64,000 nucleotides of DNA from Lama guanicoe. Lineage: Eukaryota. Of the stretch, positions 41,213-52,600 are shown one piece after another (position 1 is the first letter of the stretch; every line of letters begins with the position of its first letter). Location: positions 18,840,711 through 18,904,710 of the forward strand of contig MU054187.1 in the NCBI GenBank assembly GCA_013239625.1, written 5' to 3'. A model generated the notes under the pieces. It was not told the DNA's origin, made no database searches, and worked only from the letters and a program-made list of their open reading frames with translations. The translations under genes and the position numbers were made by a program.

Positions 41213-41745
41213 CCTCTTTACTGAGGTATTGTTGACATACAAAAAGCTGTACATATTTAATGTATACAACTTGAGTTTGGAGGTAAGTATCTACCTGTGA
41301 AATTATTACCACAATCTATGACATAAACATATCCATCACCTCCTAAAGTTGCCTGTAGCCCATCCTATTTACTGGTTGTTTTTTTTTTTTGTGATAAGGA
41401 CACTTAAGATCTATCCTCTTCACAAAATTTTAAGTGTACAATACAGGACAGTTAACTACAGGCACTGTGCTGACGTAGATCTCTAAGACTTTCCATCTCG
41501 TATAATCGAAATTGTACCCTTTGATTAATACCTCTCGTTTCCCTCTCCCTCCAGCCCCTGGCAACCACTATTCCACTTTCTGCTTCTAAGAGCTTGACTA
41601 GATTCCTCATGTAGGTAGTATTTTTCCCTCTGTGTCTGGCTTGTTTCATGTAGCATAGTGTCCTCCAGCTCCATCCATGTTGTTGCAAAGGGCAGGATTT
41701 CCTTCTTTCTAAGGCCTGAATAATATTCCATCGTGTGTATATATG
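41213..41745 (-). mobile_element. L1 (L1MA/MB-like) 3' fragment
   Basis: Minus-strand MEYYSGLRKKEILPFATTWMELED matches the ORF2 end; CCCCTGGCAACCACTATTCCACTTTCTG 3'UTR motif. Confidence 0.9.
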
Positions 41746-44730
41746 ATTCTTGTTGCTTTTAATGTAAATGTGATGGAAACAATAGCTCAAAATCTTTAAG
41801 GAGTATTTTTTCCTTATCTAAGGGAAACAAGAATAAACAAGAGAAAAAGTGGCCTACCAAAACAGATTTCGAGGGAAGATAATTATTCAACAAACATTTA
41901 CTGATTGCCTACTTTGTGCCAAGCCTGGGGTTAGGGTTGGGGCTGGGGTAGGGGAGAATAAGAGTGAATAATACACAGTCTCTATTCTCAGGTACTTTAT
42001 TCTGCTGGATGACACATGTCAATGCCCAGACAGAATCATAGGCCATTGACCCTAGAACCTGAAGAGGCTAAGTGCCTCTACCATGGCAATAAAGGACTGT
42101 CAAGTTTGACCATCAGAGATCAGCTGAACCAGGTATAGGAGCTCGGCCTCATCACAGAGTTACAGTGGGAGAGTCATCAAGGTAACCTGCAGCAGTTTTG
42201 CAGAGCCTAAAGTGAAATTAGGGGACAGATTGGTTGGGGATGCCCCACACTTGAGGGGTTCCCCTGGTAAGCATAAGGGGGAATCCCCTTAAATATGGTA
42301 GAACCCCAACAGTAAATATAGGGGCTGGAGGGGAGAACAGATCCCTGCCTGCCAGTAGGAGACTGGAAGGGGCGGGGGAATTCTTAAAAACTCCATTTAC
42401 AGAACAGGAGATCCCCTTCTGTTACTCAAAGTTCCCTTGCACAGGGTATTCTGAGACATTTGTGATTACTAGCCTCTTGAACCCTGTTTCTGATTCAATC
42501 TTCCTTCAGGGTTTAGAATAAGACAACTGAATATATATTTATAAGTATAAAATGATAAAAAATATGAATACACACACACTCACACTGTTTGGCTGGTAAG
42601 TCAGTGGCCCCAGAATTTAAGCCATTTATTTGTACCACTTGAATCAAGTGTTGTTCATTCCTAATTAGTCCATGCTAAAACATAATTCCAGACAGAAGAC
42701 GATGTGGATTTTACAAAATATAAAGTAAGATATATGTCTGAGAAAATTACAGTTCTGACATAATTAACAGCTTCTGGTACCGCCAGAATCAGCAAAATAT
42801 CAGCAAAATAATACTAGCATAAACTTACAGGATACCTATTACGTGCAAGGCATATAAAGATGAAAAGAAGCAAAGATATGAATTTAACAGTTTGGGAATG
42901 GAAACAACTTTTAAAGTTGAAAGAAAAATTCTTTAGTACATTTTACTTCCCATCACCTTTATCCCAGATAAGCAATTAACTTCAAGAACTCTTTCCTCTT
43001 TTCATGGAGATGGCAGTGGCAGTTAACACTGAATTAATAATATATTTATTTGCAAAGTGTTTGGAATTTTGAAAAATGCATTAAGGACAAAGAACAGTAT
43101 TATTAAAACATTATTTCATATATCACGTGGAAGCACATAATACATACAGCCAAGCAGGCAGAATCCTCCCACTCTTCCAAGGTACAAATTCTAATATCCT
43201 CCTGTCCTACACTTTCCAACAACTAAAAGCAGGACAAAATGTTTAAAAACCTCACAAACTGTACCAATCTGAGGACCTCTATTGGAATTTCACACTGTTG
43301 ATCACCGGTGGCCGGGTGACAATATGGGTAGGTGGCAATATGATTATTACTGGAAAAATAACTCAAAGCCAAAATCTTTTTGTAGTAGGTTGGTACCATC
43401 ATTCTTTATGTTAAAAATTGCATTTCATCTCTAAGGTGGAACTAATATTTTTTGCTTGATATACAACACTGCTCATTTAGACAGGTAATAAAATTACAGT
43501 GAATTAAGTGAAAATTGCTTTGAATAAATCTATACAATCAATAATATGAGTCTGGAAATGCATGCATGTGTTCAGTCAGTTTAAATATATCAAGACAAAT
43601 GATATTTTATAATATGGTTGGGAAAATCTGTTTCTTAAAGTTAATCTTGGAAAAATACCATATTCCATATTCCACCTGATATATTCAAAGCTTCAAATAT
43701 TATTTTCATTAAAAGTAGAAATTTCTGAACAGAATCATGACTAGAGAGCCTGAAAATTGTAACATGCTCTTTATTAAACATATATAACTTTTCATTAATA
43801 TATAATGTAAGTTAAAACCTCTAACACTAGATAACCTATAACTGTAGAGTTTCTGTTTCATTTTTTCCTATGTACATGCTAATATATATTAATGTAAAAA
43901 ATAAAATATCATTTTTCCCACTCAATATCTTGAACATATTTTATATTAGTTTGTGATTAAAGTTTTAATGTATTTCTTAAGAGTAAAAAGCTCCCCCATA
44001 GTTTGAGAATATCCTTTTTTTAACCTGAAATAGGTTTAAAAAAGTTTAAGATTTCACATTTCAAAATAGTAAAATGAGTGTAAATACTTTAAAATCTGCT
44101 CATTGTGGCATCCTAAATTTTTTTTTTTGAAGTAAGGGCTCTAAGTTGGGAAATCTTTTTCTGAAATACTTGAGTACGATTATTAGAAGAGTTTCATTTC
44201 TGGCTCAATCTGTTCTTCTAATCATTCTAAATCCTAGATGCAGTGTGAACAGTTAAAAAACAAGTCCTAAAGATCAGTTCTTGTCTTTATACACACGATC
44301 GTCGGAGTCGCACGCAGCGTCTGTATAAGCAGACTCCTCCCCACTCCTGGGGAAAACCCTGCCTAATATTTATAACGTTATGACATACTGTAATACTCAC
44401 AAGGTGGTTGTAGAAGTATAAACACGGCTGGGGTTATCTGATTGGCTGCTGGTGATGTAACACCCATGTCAATACTTCCCAGTGAACGCACGTGTTCGAC
44501 CTTTTATTTAAATTTCCATTTCATCACAGCAATAAGACACTCGGGGCGGTGCATTTTCTGTGAAATGATTATTGCCCTGGGCCTGAGGTGCAGCCTCGCA
44601 CACACAATGCATCGGACGACGAGATGTCCGTGGCTGTAACCTCCTCGCGTGAAAGGCACCGCCTGGTCCAGTCTTTGTGAAGGAACAAAATAAGTTCACT
44701 TCCTTGGGCACCGCCGCCCACCCCCAGCAA

Positions 44731-44826
44731 ATGACAAGGCTGGAGCGCAGCTCCCACCGCACAGTTATTTCCAAAGTCCCAGGTGAACTCCTGGCCAGAG
44801 CAGGAAAATGTGCGTCCCGGGCGCGG
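44731..44826 (+). CDS. ZBTB10: Putative alternative first coding exon of ZBTB10 (32 codons, MTRLERSSHRTVISKVPGELLARAGKCASRAR)
   Basis: ATG at 44731 and 96 nt open to a near-consensus donor CGG|GTAGGT at 44826/44827. Phase 0, so in frame with exon 2. Lies downstream of CCAAT and E-box motifs at the 5' edge of the CpG island. Confidence 0.7.
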
Positions 44827-45221
44827 GTAGGTGCGTGCGGGCAGCGGGGAGGTGGCCAGACCCTGACACTCGCCAGCTGTTTGTCCTCCGCGGAGCCCGG
44901 CCCCGGCCGCACACGCCCTCCCGTCCCCGAGACCCCCAGCCCGCCGCCCGGCCTTTTGTCCCCCGCCCCTCGGCCGACTTCCTTCCCCGCGGCCGCACCC
45001 CCGCCCCCAGGCCGGAGGCGCGGCCCGGCCCCTTTCCCGGTCCCCCAGCGCCCCCACCCCACCCCACCCTAGACCCAGCCCGGCCCCCACCCTTTCCCCC
45101 TCCAGCGGTTACTGCTACCCCGGTGCATTGTGGGCGCACGGTCCGTTGTTCATTTGCCATTCGACCTCCGCCAGGGCCTGGTCGGACGGAAACGCTCCGC
45201 CGGCTTTATTGTCGGTTCGTT

Positions 45222-45245
45222 ATGTGGCGGAGCCCGGCAGTTTAA
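45222..45245 (+). other. Short upstream ORF (MWRSPAV*) in the probable ZBTB10 5'UTR
   Basis: ATGTGGCGGAGCCCGGCAGTTTAA; the only ATG I find between ~45100 and the main start at 45629. Relevant only if the TSS is upstream of 45222. Confidence 0.45.
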
Positions 45246-45628
45246 CGTGCCTCTCGCCTTCAGCGCCTCGGAAGCCGGCGGCTGCGTCGGGACTCCTCGG
45301 CGCGCCGGAGGAAGGATATCTGTTTGGAGGGTCGGTGTGTGCGCGCGGCTTTAAAGAGGGCGCAGCGAGCGCAGGGTCCCCCCGCACTCCGCCTCTCAAC
45401 TTCGAAGGCCCCACGCGCCCCGGCTCGCTGCTCACCTCTCCGCCGCCCGCCCCCTTCTCCGCGCGGGACGCTGCCCGGAGCGCAGCGGGGCGGGGGTGGA
45501 GGACGAGGAGGCGGCCGGAGGCGGCGGCCCGGCGGGTGGCGGCGGCGGACGCGTGAGGCAGCCCCGGGAGCGAGCGCGAGCCCGGCGGCCGGGCGGGAGG
45601 GCGAGGCCGAGCCCCGCGAGACCGGAAC

Positions 45629-46600
45629 ATGTCGTTCAGTGAAATGAACCGCAGGACGCTGGCGTTCCGAGGAGGCGGGTTGGTCACCGCCAGCGCCGGC
45701 GGCGGCGGCGGCGGCGGCTCCGTGAACAATAACGTTGGCGGGGAGGCCTCGGCTTGGCCCCAGCCGAGACAGCCCCAGCCGCCAGCGCCGCAGCAGCTCA
45801 ATGGGCGGGGGGCCGACGAGGAAGTGGAATTGGAGGGCCTGGAGCCCCAAGACCTGGAGGCCTCCGCCGGGGCGGCCGCCGCCGCCGAGGAAGCCAAGGA
45901 GTTGCTGCTCCCCCAGGACGCGGGCGGCCCCACCTCGCTGGGCGGCGGTGGCGCGGGGGGCCCTCTGCTAGCGGAAAGGAACCGTCGGACTCTGGCCTTC
46001 CGCGGCGGCGGCGGCGGCGGGGGGCTCGGCAACAATGGCAGGAGCCGCGGCCGCCCCGAGACCTCGGCGTGGCCCCTAAGGCATTTCAATGGCCGAGGGC
46101 CCGCGGCCGTGGAGCTGGAGCTGGACGCGCTGGAGGGGAAAGAGTTGATGCCGGACGGCGCGTCCCTGAGCGACAGCACCGAGGACGAAGAGGAGGGGGC
46201 GAGCCTGGGCGACGGCAGCGGGGCGGAAGGTGGCAGCTGCAGCAGCAGCAGGCGGTCGGGCGGCGATGGCGGGGACGAAGCGGAGGGCAGCGGAGTGGGA
46301 GTTGGCGAAGGAGAGACTGTCCAGCAATTCCCGCTCGTGCGGCCCAAGTCCCTAATGCAGAAGCTACAGTGCTCCTTCCAGACCTCTTGGCTCAAAGATT
46401 TTCCCTGGCTGCGGTATTCCAAGGATACTGGCCTAATGTCTTGCGGCTGGTGCCAAAAGACCCCCGAGGATGGGGGAAGCGGGGACCTGCCTCAAATAGG
46501 GCACGACGAGCTTTCGCGAGGGACTCGCAACTACAAGAAAACCCTCCTTCTGAGGCACCACGTCTCTACCGAGCACAAACTCCACGAAGCCAACGCCCAG
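45629..46600 (+). CDS. ZBTB10: ZBTB10 coding exon 1 (324 codons; Gly/Glu-rich low-complexity N-terminus plus a TTF-like zinc finger)
   Basis: [20 protein letters not shown]...[10 protein letters not shown] is recognisable as the ZBTB10 N-terminus. ATG at 45629; donor CAG|GTAGAG at 46600/46601; 972 nt, phase 0, compatible with exon 2. Confidence 0.96.
45698..45718 (+). repeat. (GGC)7 coding trinucleotide repeat (poly-Gly)
   Basis: Direct reading. A second GGC/GGG poly-Gly run lies at ~46004-46024. Confidence 0.9.
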
Positions 46601-49600
46601 GTAGAGTAGATACTGCTTCTACTTTTTGAGATCTTTTAGGGAAAGGTTTATCAGTTAAAACCACTTTCCTGGGTGCAGGCATCTTTCCTGTTGGGGAAGA
46701 GGTGTAGGAAGCTTATGTGTGGGGGTTTAGAAAGCCTGAGAACAAGTTTTCAAAAAGTTATCTGTGGGGGTTGAGGGGAGATGGATGGAATGACAATTTT
46801 CTAATCGTAGTGGTGAGGTGTTTTTTTTTTTTTTCCTGACTCAGATTTCTTTGCCCATCAGGTTGAATCAAAAGGAAAGTTTAAGAAAGCGAGGTTGAAG
46901 GTTTAAAACCCTTTAAGGTTGGCTTTGTGGTCAAAATGTTATTAGCTGTGATTTTAGAAAAGCTGCTTGTTTGTAGTGTTGCTGGTGGAAGTCAAATCTG
47001 GTAACACTTTGAAGAATGAATTAAACAATTTCCTTAACCCTTGACGCTACCCCTTCTAGGAGAACATCCAAACGAGATATTTCTTTGTATTAGGCCAGAA
47101 TAATGTGAAATATGAGAGCAGGATGTAATTACAGAGGAAGCTATTTGGATATCACTCCTTTTTCATGAATAATTTTATTAAATTCATCTCCGTTAAACTA
47201 ACTTTTCTTAAGAAACCAAAGGCATGCTTTGGGTAAATTATGGTGATTTTTACATGTTTCCTTCTACTCAGATTTCTGTGCTGAAATTTTCTGTAGTCCC
47301 ACCCTTTCAAAAAGTTCCTTATACAAGTAATTTACTTTAAAGTTAGCACATTAGAAATGTTTAATGTAAAGTTGTTTGTATCAAGTAGTTTGATTCGGAC
47401 TGTTAGATAATATATTTACCAAACTCCTTGAAATCACAAGTTCTTAGTTATAAAACAAGCAAGCTGTACTTTAGTTCTTCTTAGCTCTTATTTTAATATT
47501 TCTAGTCTAAAGATAGTAGCCTTACCATTTTGGTAATCCCTTTTCAAGCCAAGCAGATGTTGATAGGCCCTTCTAAGACTTTTAGGCAACCTGTGGTGGT
47601 GGGTGGAATTCATGCTTTTGTACTGGTAGGTAGTCATTGATTTTAGAAAGTCACCTTTCAGATATTAGTCCTTTTGTGTGTTTATTGGAGTGATCTTGCT
47701 GTTTAGAACACTTCGACTGGAGTTAAATAGGTACTATCTAATAACCCGATGGCACAGACGTGTCTCAGAAGTTGAGGCTTTAACTTTAAACCATAGGGTT
47801 ATTTTTCTCAGGGGGCAATGGCAACAGTTTTTGCACAACTTTTAGTTGCCTAAGCCCTAGAAGGAAGGTCACTTAAAGATAAAAGGCCCAGGAAGGTTGA
47901 GTAAATTGTCCCAAATCTTAACAGTTCTCGGTGATAAATGAGACTAGCGTCTATAAGGAATGTTGCAATGGAAAAAAGGATGGGTTTTAGAGTAAATCTA
48001 GGTTCAGATCTCAGCTTTCTGCAATTACTAGCTTTGTGAGCTTGGGCATTGGAGTGCCAGACTTGTCTTCTGTATGCCAAACGCACATTTCTCTCACACT
48101 GGCAAGTAATGAATTTGTTCCCATTTTGCCGAAGAGGAGTCTAGAGGCTTTAAAGGGTTATGTATTCTCGAAGTTACTGAGTAAGGTGATAGAGGTGGAA
48201 GGCTTGTGAGAGTGAAAATGTGCTTTTCTAAATATTGGTAAGTTGGTTATTTTAAAAATTTTAAGAAGAAAGTCAGAATGGATTTTCTTCATACGCCGTG
48301 GACCAGTTACTCGTCTCAGTGCAGTCTCTCCATGTAGGCAAATCCGAATGGGAATGCAAAATAGAATTAGCTGCTTAGTGAACCTGAAATTAGAGGAAGG
48401 GGAACTAGTTGGGTAACCTTATGATAGACTTAGTATGGTGTATCTTCTCCCCTAGGCATGTATCTGGACTAGGGAATTCATTCCTAGGTAAAACCTTTTC
48501 TGCACTTGAGGGTAATCTCTCCCTTACCCTTTGCCCCCACCGAAGCTCCCTTCTTGCAAACCATCTTCTTTCTCTTAGGACATTCTCTCATTAGGTTGAG
48601 AATAATATGACTTAGTAAGTTATGTTAGTCTAATGCTATTTATTGGCTCCTTTGATTGGATTTTGGATGTTTCTACTCTGAATTGATCCTAATTATTTCT
48701 CTTACTTTCATTCTAAATAACCTTAGTTTAGGGTATTACCTTGAGACTGACCCCAGGTACCACCTACAGAATCTCTTTGTCTTGTTAATATGAGTGACAG
48801 GTTCAAGAACTGACCTTTCCTCCTATGGGCAGTTAATCATTTTTTTCATTGCCCTGTAGCCTTTGATTACCTGTAGGAGGCAGTATAACACAGTCTATAT
48901 GAGCTTTCTTGAGCTTAAGTAGAGGGACCTGAGTCCTAATCCTTTTTCTTGGCAGGCAGAGGAGTTAACTTCTAGTTTCCCCCTGTAGGCAAAGTATTTA
49001 TGCCAGCACAAAATCATTTAGTAAATGATAATTGTTATTAATTATCATCATGGCTTATTTCCAGTGCTGATAATTATAACAAGATTTTTTTTGTGGCCTG
49101 GTACCTCGTGTCCCAGGGTTACCAATTTAGTCAGTTTGGAAGCCACTTTATCTCATGAAGTCACTCTTGAGTCTAGAGGGCAAACCATTTCTCCCTCTTC
49201 ATACTTCTAGAGACTTTGGCCATTCAGTTCTTTGAGCATTTGGAGACCTACCATACTGCCGTTTTCCTCACTTTCATAAAGAATGTTTTGCATTATCTTT
49301 CTCCTGTCCTAAAAATAGTGAAATAAGAGTTTTGGAGCTCCTCAGGCAAGAGTTTGTGTCTAGTGGGTACTCATGCCCTTTATCCCCCTGTGCCCTTTTT
49401 GTTAATTTTAAGGAGGCCTGTTTTTTTGAGAGCAGTTTGGCCAAATCTATCAGTAAGGGCTACTTTACTTTTTCTTGTGCCTCTGTAAGAGAGAAAAGTC
49501 ATTTTCCATTAATTCCATGGTGGTGACCAAAAGATTGTGGAACGTTCTTAAAAATTTTGATACTCTGTTACTTCGATGTTGATTGTTAAGGATTGCTCCT

Positions 49601-52600
49601 GGGAGAGTCTATAAATACGCTTTCAGAATCATTCACAGCCTTCTGTTTCAGAAAGATCTCTGTGTTTATAAGGATGTGAATATAAGGATGTAAAGGACAG
49701 CATACAGTTTCTACTTTGAGTAACAACTGACTGTATCTTCAGAGTCAAGTTCGATGATGATTAGCTCATTCAGGATTTGATCATTTGGCTTGAGGACTTT
49801 ATAATTGCTTTAGTAACAGTGATTAACACTGTATCTTGGTTCAGATCACTTTCTACCTAGTTGTGAAACTTTCATAGCCTAAGTCACATTCTGTCAACTC
49901 TTCCAGTTTAGTAAGCCTAAAACATGCACTCAAATGTGTTACTGTTATAAATTAAGTTAACCTTTCCATAAAGTAAATACTTAATTAAGATCAGTGGTCT
50001 GATTGAAATTACTAATTGAAATATGTTGGTGAGCAACGAAAGCAAAGGTGGGACAGATCTACCAGCCTTCTTTGAATTTGGCAAAAATAAGGCTCAAAGG
50101 TTTGTTTTGTTTTTAATGATTACTTTGTAAGAAAGCCTGAAAAACCTTTCACTAGGAAAGAGAAATAGATAGTACAAATGAGCACAGAGCCTATGCCCAT
50201 TAAATAACTAATTTGTTTAATATTAATATTTGTATAGGTTCTAACATTAATTCATTGTATTTGATTCTGTAAAAAAAAAACTGGTTCGTTTCCCTTATGA
50301 TTTCGACTATAGCTTAGTGTATCTAGGATTGACCTCTTTCCCCTTAAATTTACTTACATGTATTGGGTAGATTCAAGGCACTGGAGACAGATATTTCTCT
50401 GCCCTCAAGGAACCTGTATTCTAATAAGGGGAGACGGGCATGGCAAACTGATAGCTACCATGTTAGAAGTATGTTTGGGTTACAGTTAGACACTAAAGGA
50501 AAGAAGTCATCAATTTGTGAAAGTTGGGAAAAGCTTGTAGAAAAGCTTGAACTTAATTGTACTAAATGAATAGTTGTTGAAAAGGGGAGGAGGCATTCCA
50601 GGCATTGCAGTTTGAAGCAGCTTGAGCATAATGGAAATTGATGCTTTGATGTGTCTAAGAAGTGGATGATTTGGTTGTTGAGCAGCATGAAAAATCAGGT
50701 TTGAATAGGCAGATAGACTCCAGGATATGGACAATCTCCTGTCATGCTGAAACGATTGTATTTTATTCTGTTTAACAAATGGGTAATTTAGCAGTTTTTA
50801 AGCAAAAGTGAACTCTCCATGATGAAATACGTATAGAAGTACCTATGTAGTGTGGATGTAGTAGGTTTTGAGGAGAGCTGGTAATAAAGCATATTTTTGG
50901 CATCTAAAATTGGCTGGATGTTATAATCACCTGAAGAATTCTACCCCAGACCTATAGATGTAGAATTTCTGAAACTGCAAGAGAAGATGCCATCACTCAA
51001 GGAGATCAGAGAAGCGACAGAAGGTTGCAAATGAGACCTTCCTTTCTTTGTCTATTGACTATTATAATTTGTCATTACCACCAGAAGGCATCTATTTGAC
51101 ATACATTTGCTGTGCCGTCCTTTGTCCTCATGCTAGAAATTGAATTTGGTTTTTTAAAATTAGGAGTTGTAGGTGGACATTAGGTTTTTATTTTTTCAAT
51201 GTACTGTTCCAGTGGGTTGCTGCAACAAAAGTAGTGAAGATTTTTGTTTTTAATGCTTTCAGTTTACACTTTCATGTTTGTTGGAAATGTCTTTTTTTCT
51301 CAATCCGTTTATCAAAAGAGGACTCTAATTCTGGATAGGGAAGTAAATACTAATTACTTGATTTTTAGCCAAATAGCTTTTTCTTATCATTTATGGATTG
51401 ACTACAGATGAACTCACTGCAACTGGAGTTACCTCCCACTCTCCTCCTGGCTAGGGCAGTTCTCTGCAGGTTGGTGGCATTATCTAGCTTCTCCAGCTAG
51501 AATGCTATGAAGACCCTGTGATTCTCCCTCTCCACCTTAAAATCTAGTTAATCACTCAAGGTCTGATTTCCAAATCTTTTTTCTTCCAAATTTTTTTCTA
51601 GGCTGTCTCACTACCCTTCCCCCATTAATATCATCTGTCTTACTTAGTTGGGATCCTTGTTTCCTGCTAGTATGTGTGTTACACTGTTAACAGTAGCTTT
51701 CCCTGGTCCCCAGTGTCTTCAGTCTTCATCCCCTGATATTTATCCTCCACTTCCGCTGCCACAGTCCTCTTGATCTACTAATCCAGTCAGATCACTCTAC
51801 TTCTAAAGCTCTGTAGGCACCAATAGGCAGTGGCTCTTAATCTTGTACCAGATTCAAACATCTTAATAATCTGATGCAAGTTGTAGACACATACCTCCAA
51901 AAATATTCATAAGTGCATATTTGCAAATCTTGGGTTTGGGGGGGAATCACCTTGAAGTTCTTTTATAAATTAGAATTGTGAGGATGCTGTAGACCATCCT
52001 GGTTCCTTTTCTCATGTTTTCTCATTTGCTTAGAATGCTCATCCTCCTATCCCATCCTTGCATCTCTTAAGGCTCTGCTCAGGGTTTTCTTCCAAAAAGC
52101 ATCGCCCCCTCACCCCCCAACATGGGATTAGATACACTTCCTCTATTCTCGTAACACCCTTGTTAAACTCTTCAGTACCTTGAGAATCTTGCCCACCAGT
52201 GATAACTTTAAGTTGGAAACTAATTCATTTTGGGTCTCCAGTGTAGAACCTGTCTAAACTAGGCATTCCCTTAGTGCTCATTCAATGTGAATAAAGTCAG
52301 AATTTTTCAAGCTTTTATCAGTTTTTTCTCTGAGCAAAATATTTACTAATTTTTGGCCTCTCTGGGAATAAATTTGAAGATAATAAGGTATGAGGGTTTT
52401 AACTAAATGTACACGTCTATATTTTCTTGATTTGGGAGGGTTAATTAAGATCTCTTCTAGATCTAAAATTGTAATTATGAGCATCTTCACAAATAAAAAA
52501 ATGAAAACTTGTTAATGTTTATAGAATCTCTGGTATAACAAAATGTTTGATTTTTCATCAGTGTATTTTTTATTTACCCGTGATAGCTCATTTTTATCAA

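Larger units (their letters stand above)
44290..46600. promoter_or_regulatory. CpG island / ZBTB10 promoter and 5'UTR
   Basis: Abrupt shift from AT-rich flank to very GC- and CpG-rich sequence. Several GC boxes (CCCCGCCCC at ~44961 and ~44998), an inverted CCAAT (CTGATTGGCT ~44438) and an E-box CACGTG (~44489). Confidence 0.92.

Noticed and set aside
44508..45850. Several overlapping 100-200 aa ORFs in the CpG island on both strands
   Set aside because: Expected by-product of high GC. Only the 44731-44826 segment has a matching ATG, donor and phase.
45220..46422. 400-aa antisense ORF
   Set aside because: Shadow of the GC-rich ZBTB10 exon 1. Pro/Ser/Ala low complexity mirrors the sense codons, stops are rare at this GC level, and no domain is recognisable.
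45754..46629. 291-aa alternative-frame ORF overlapping exon 1
   Set aside because: Starts at TTG, is Arg/Gly-rich as expected for an off-frame GC-rich CDS, and has no independent support.
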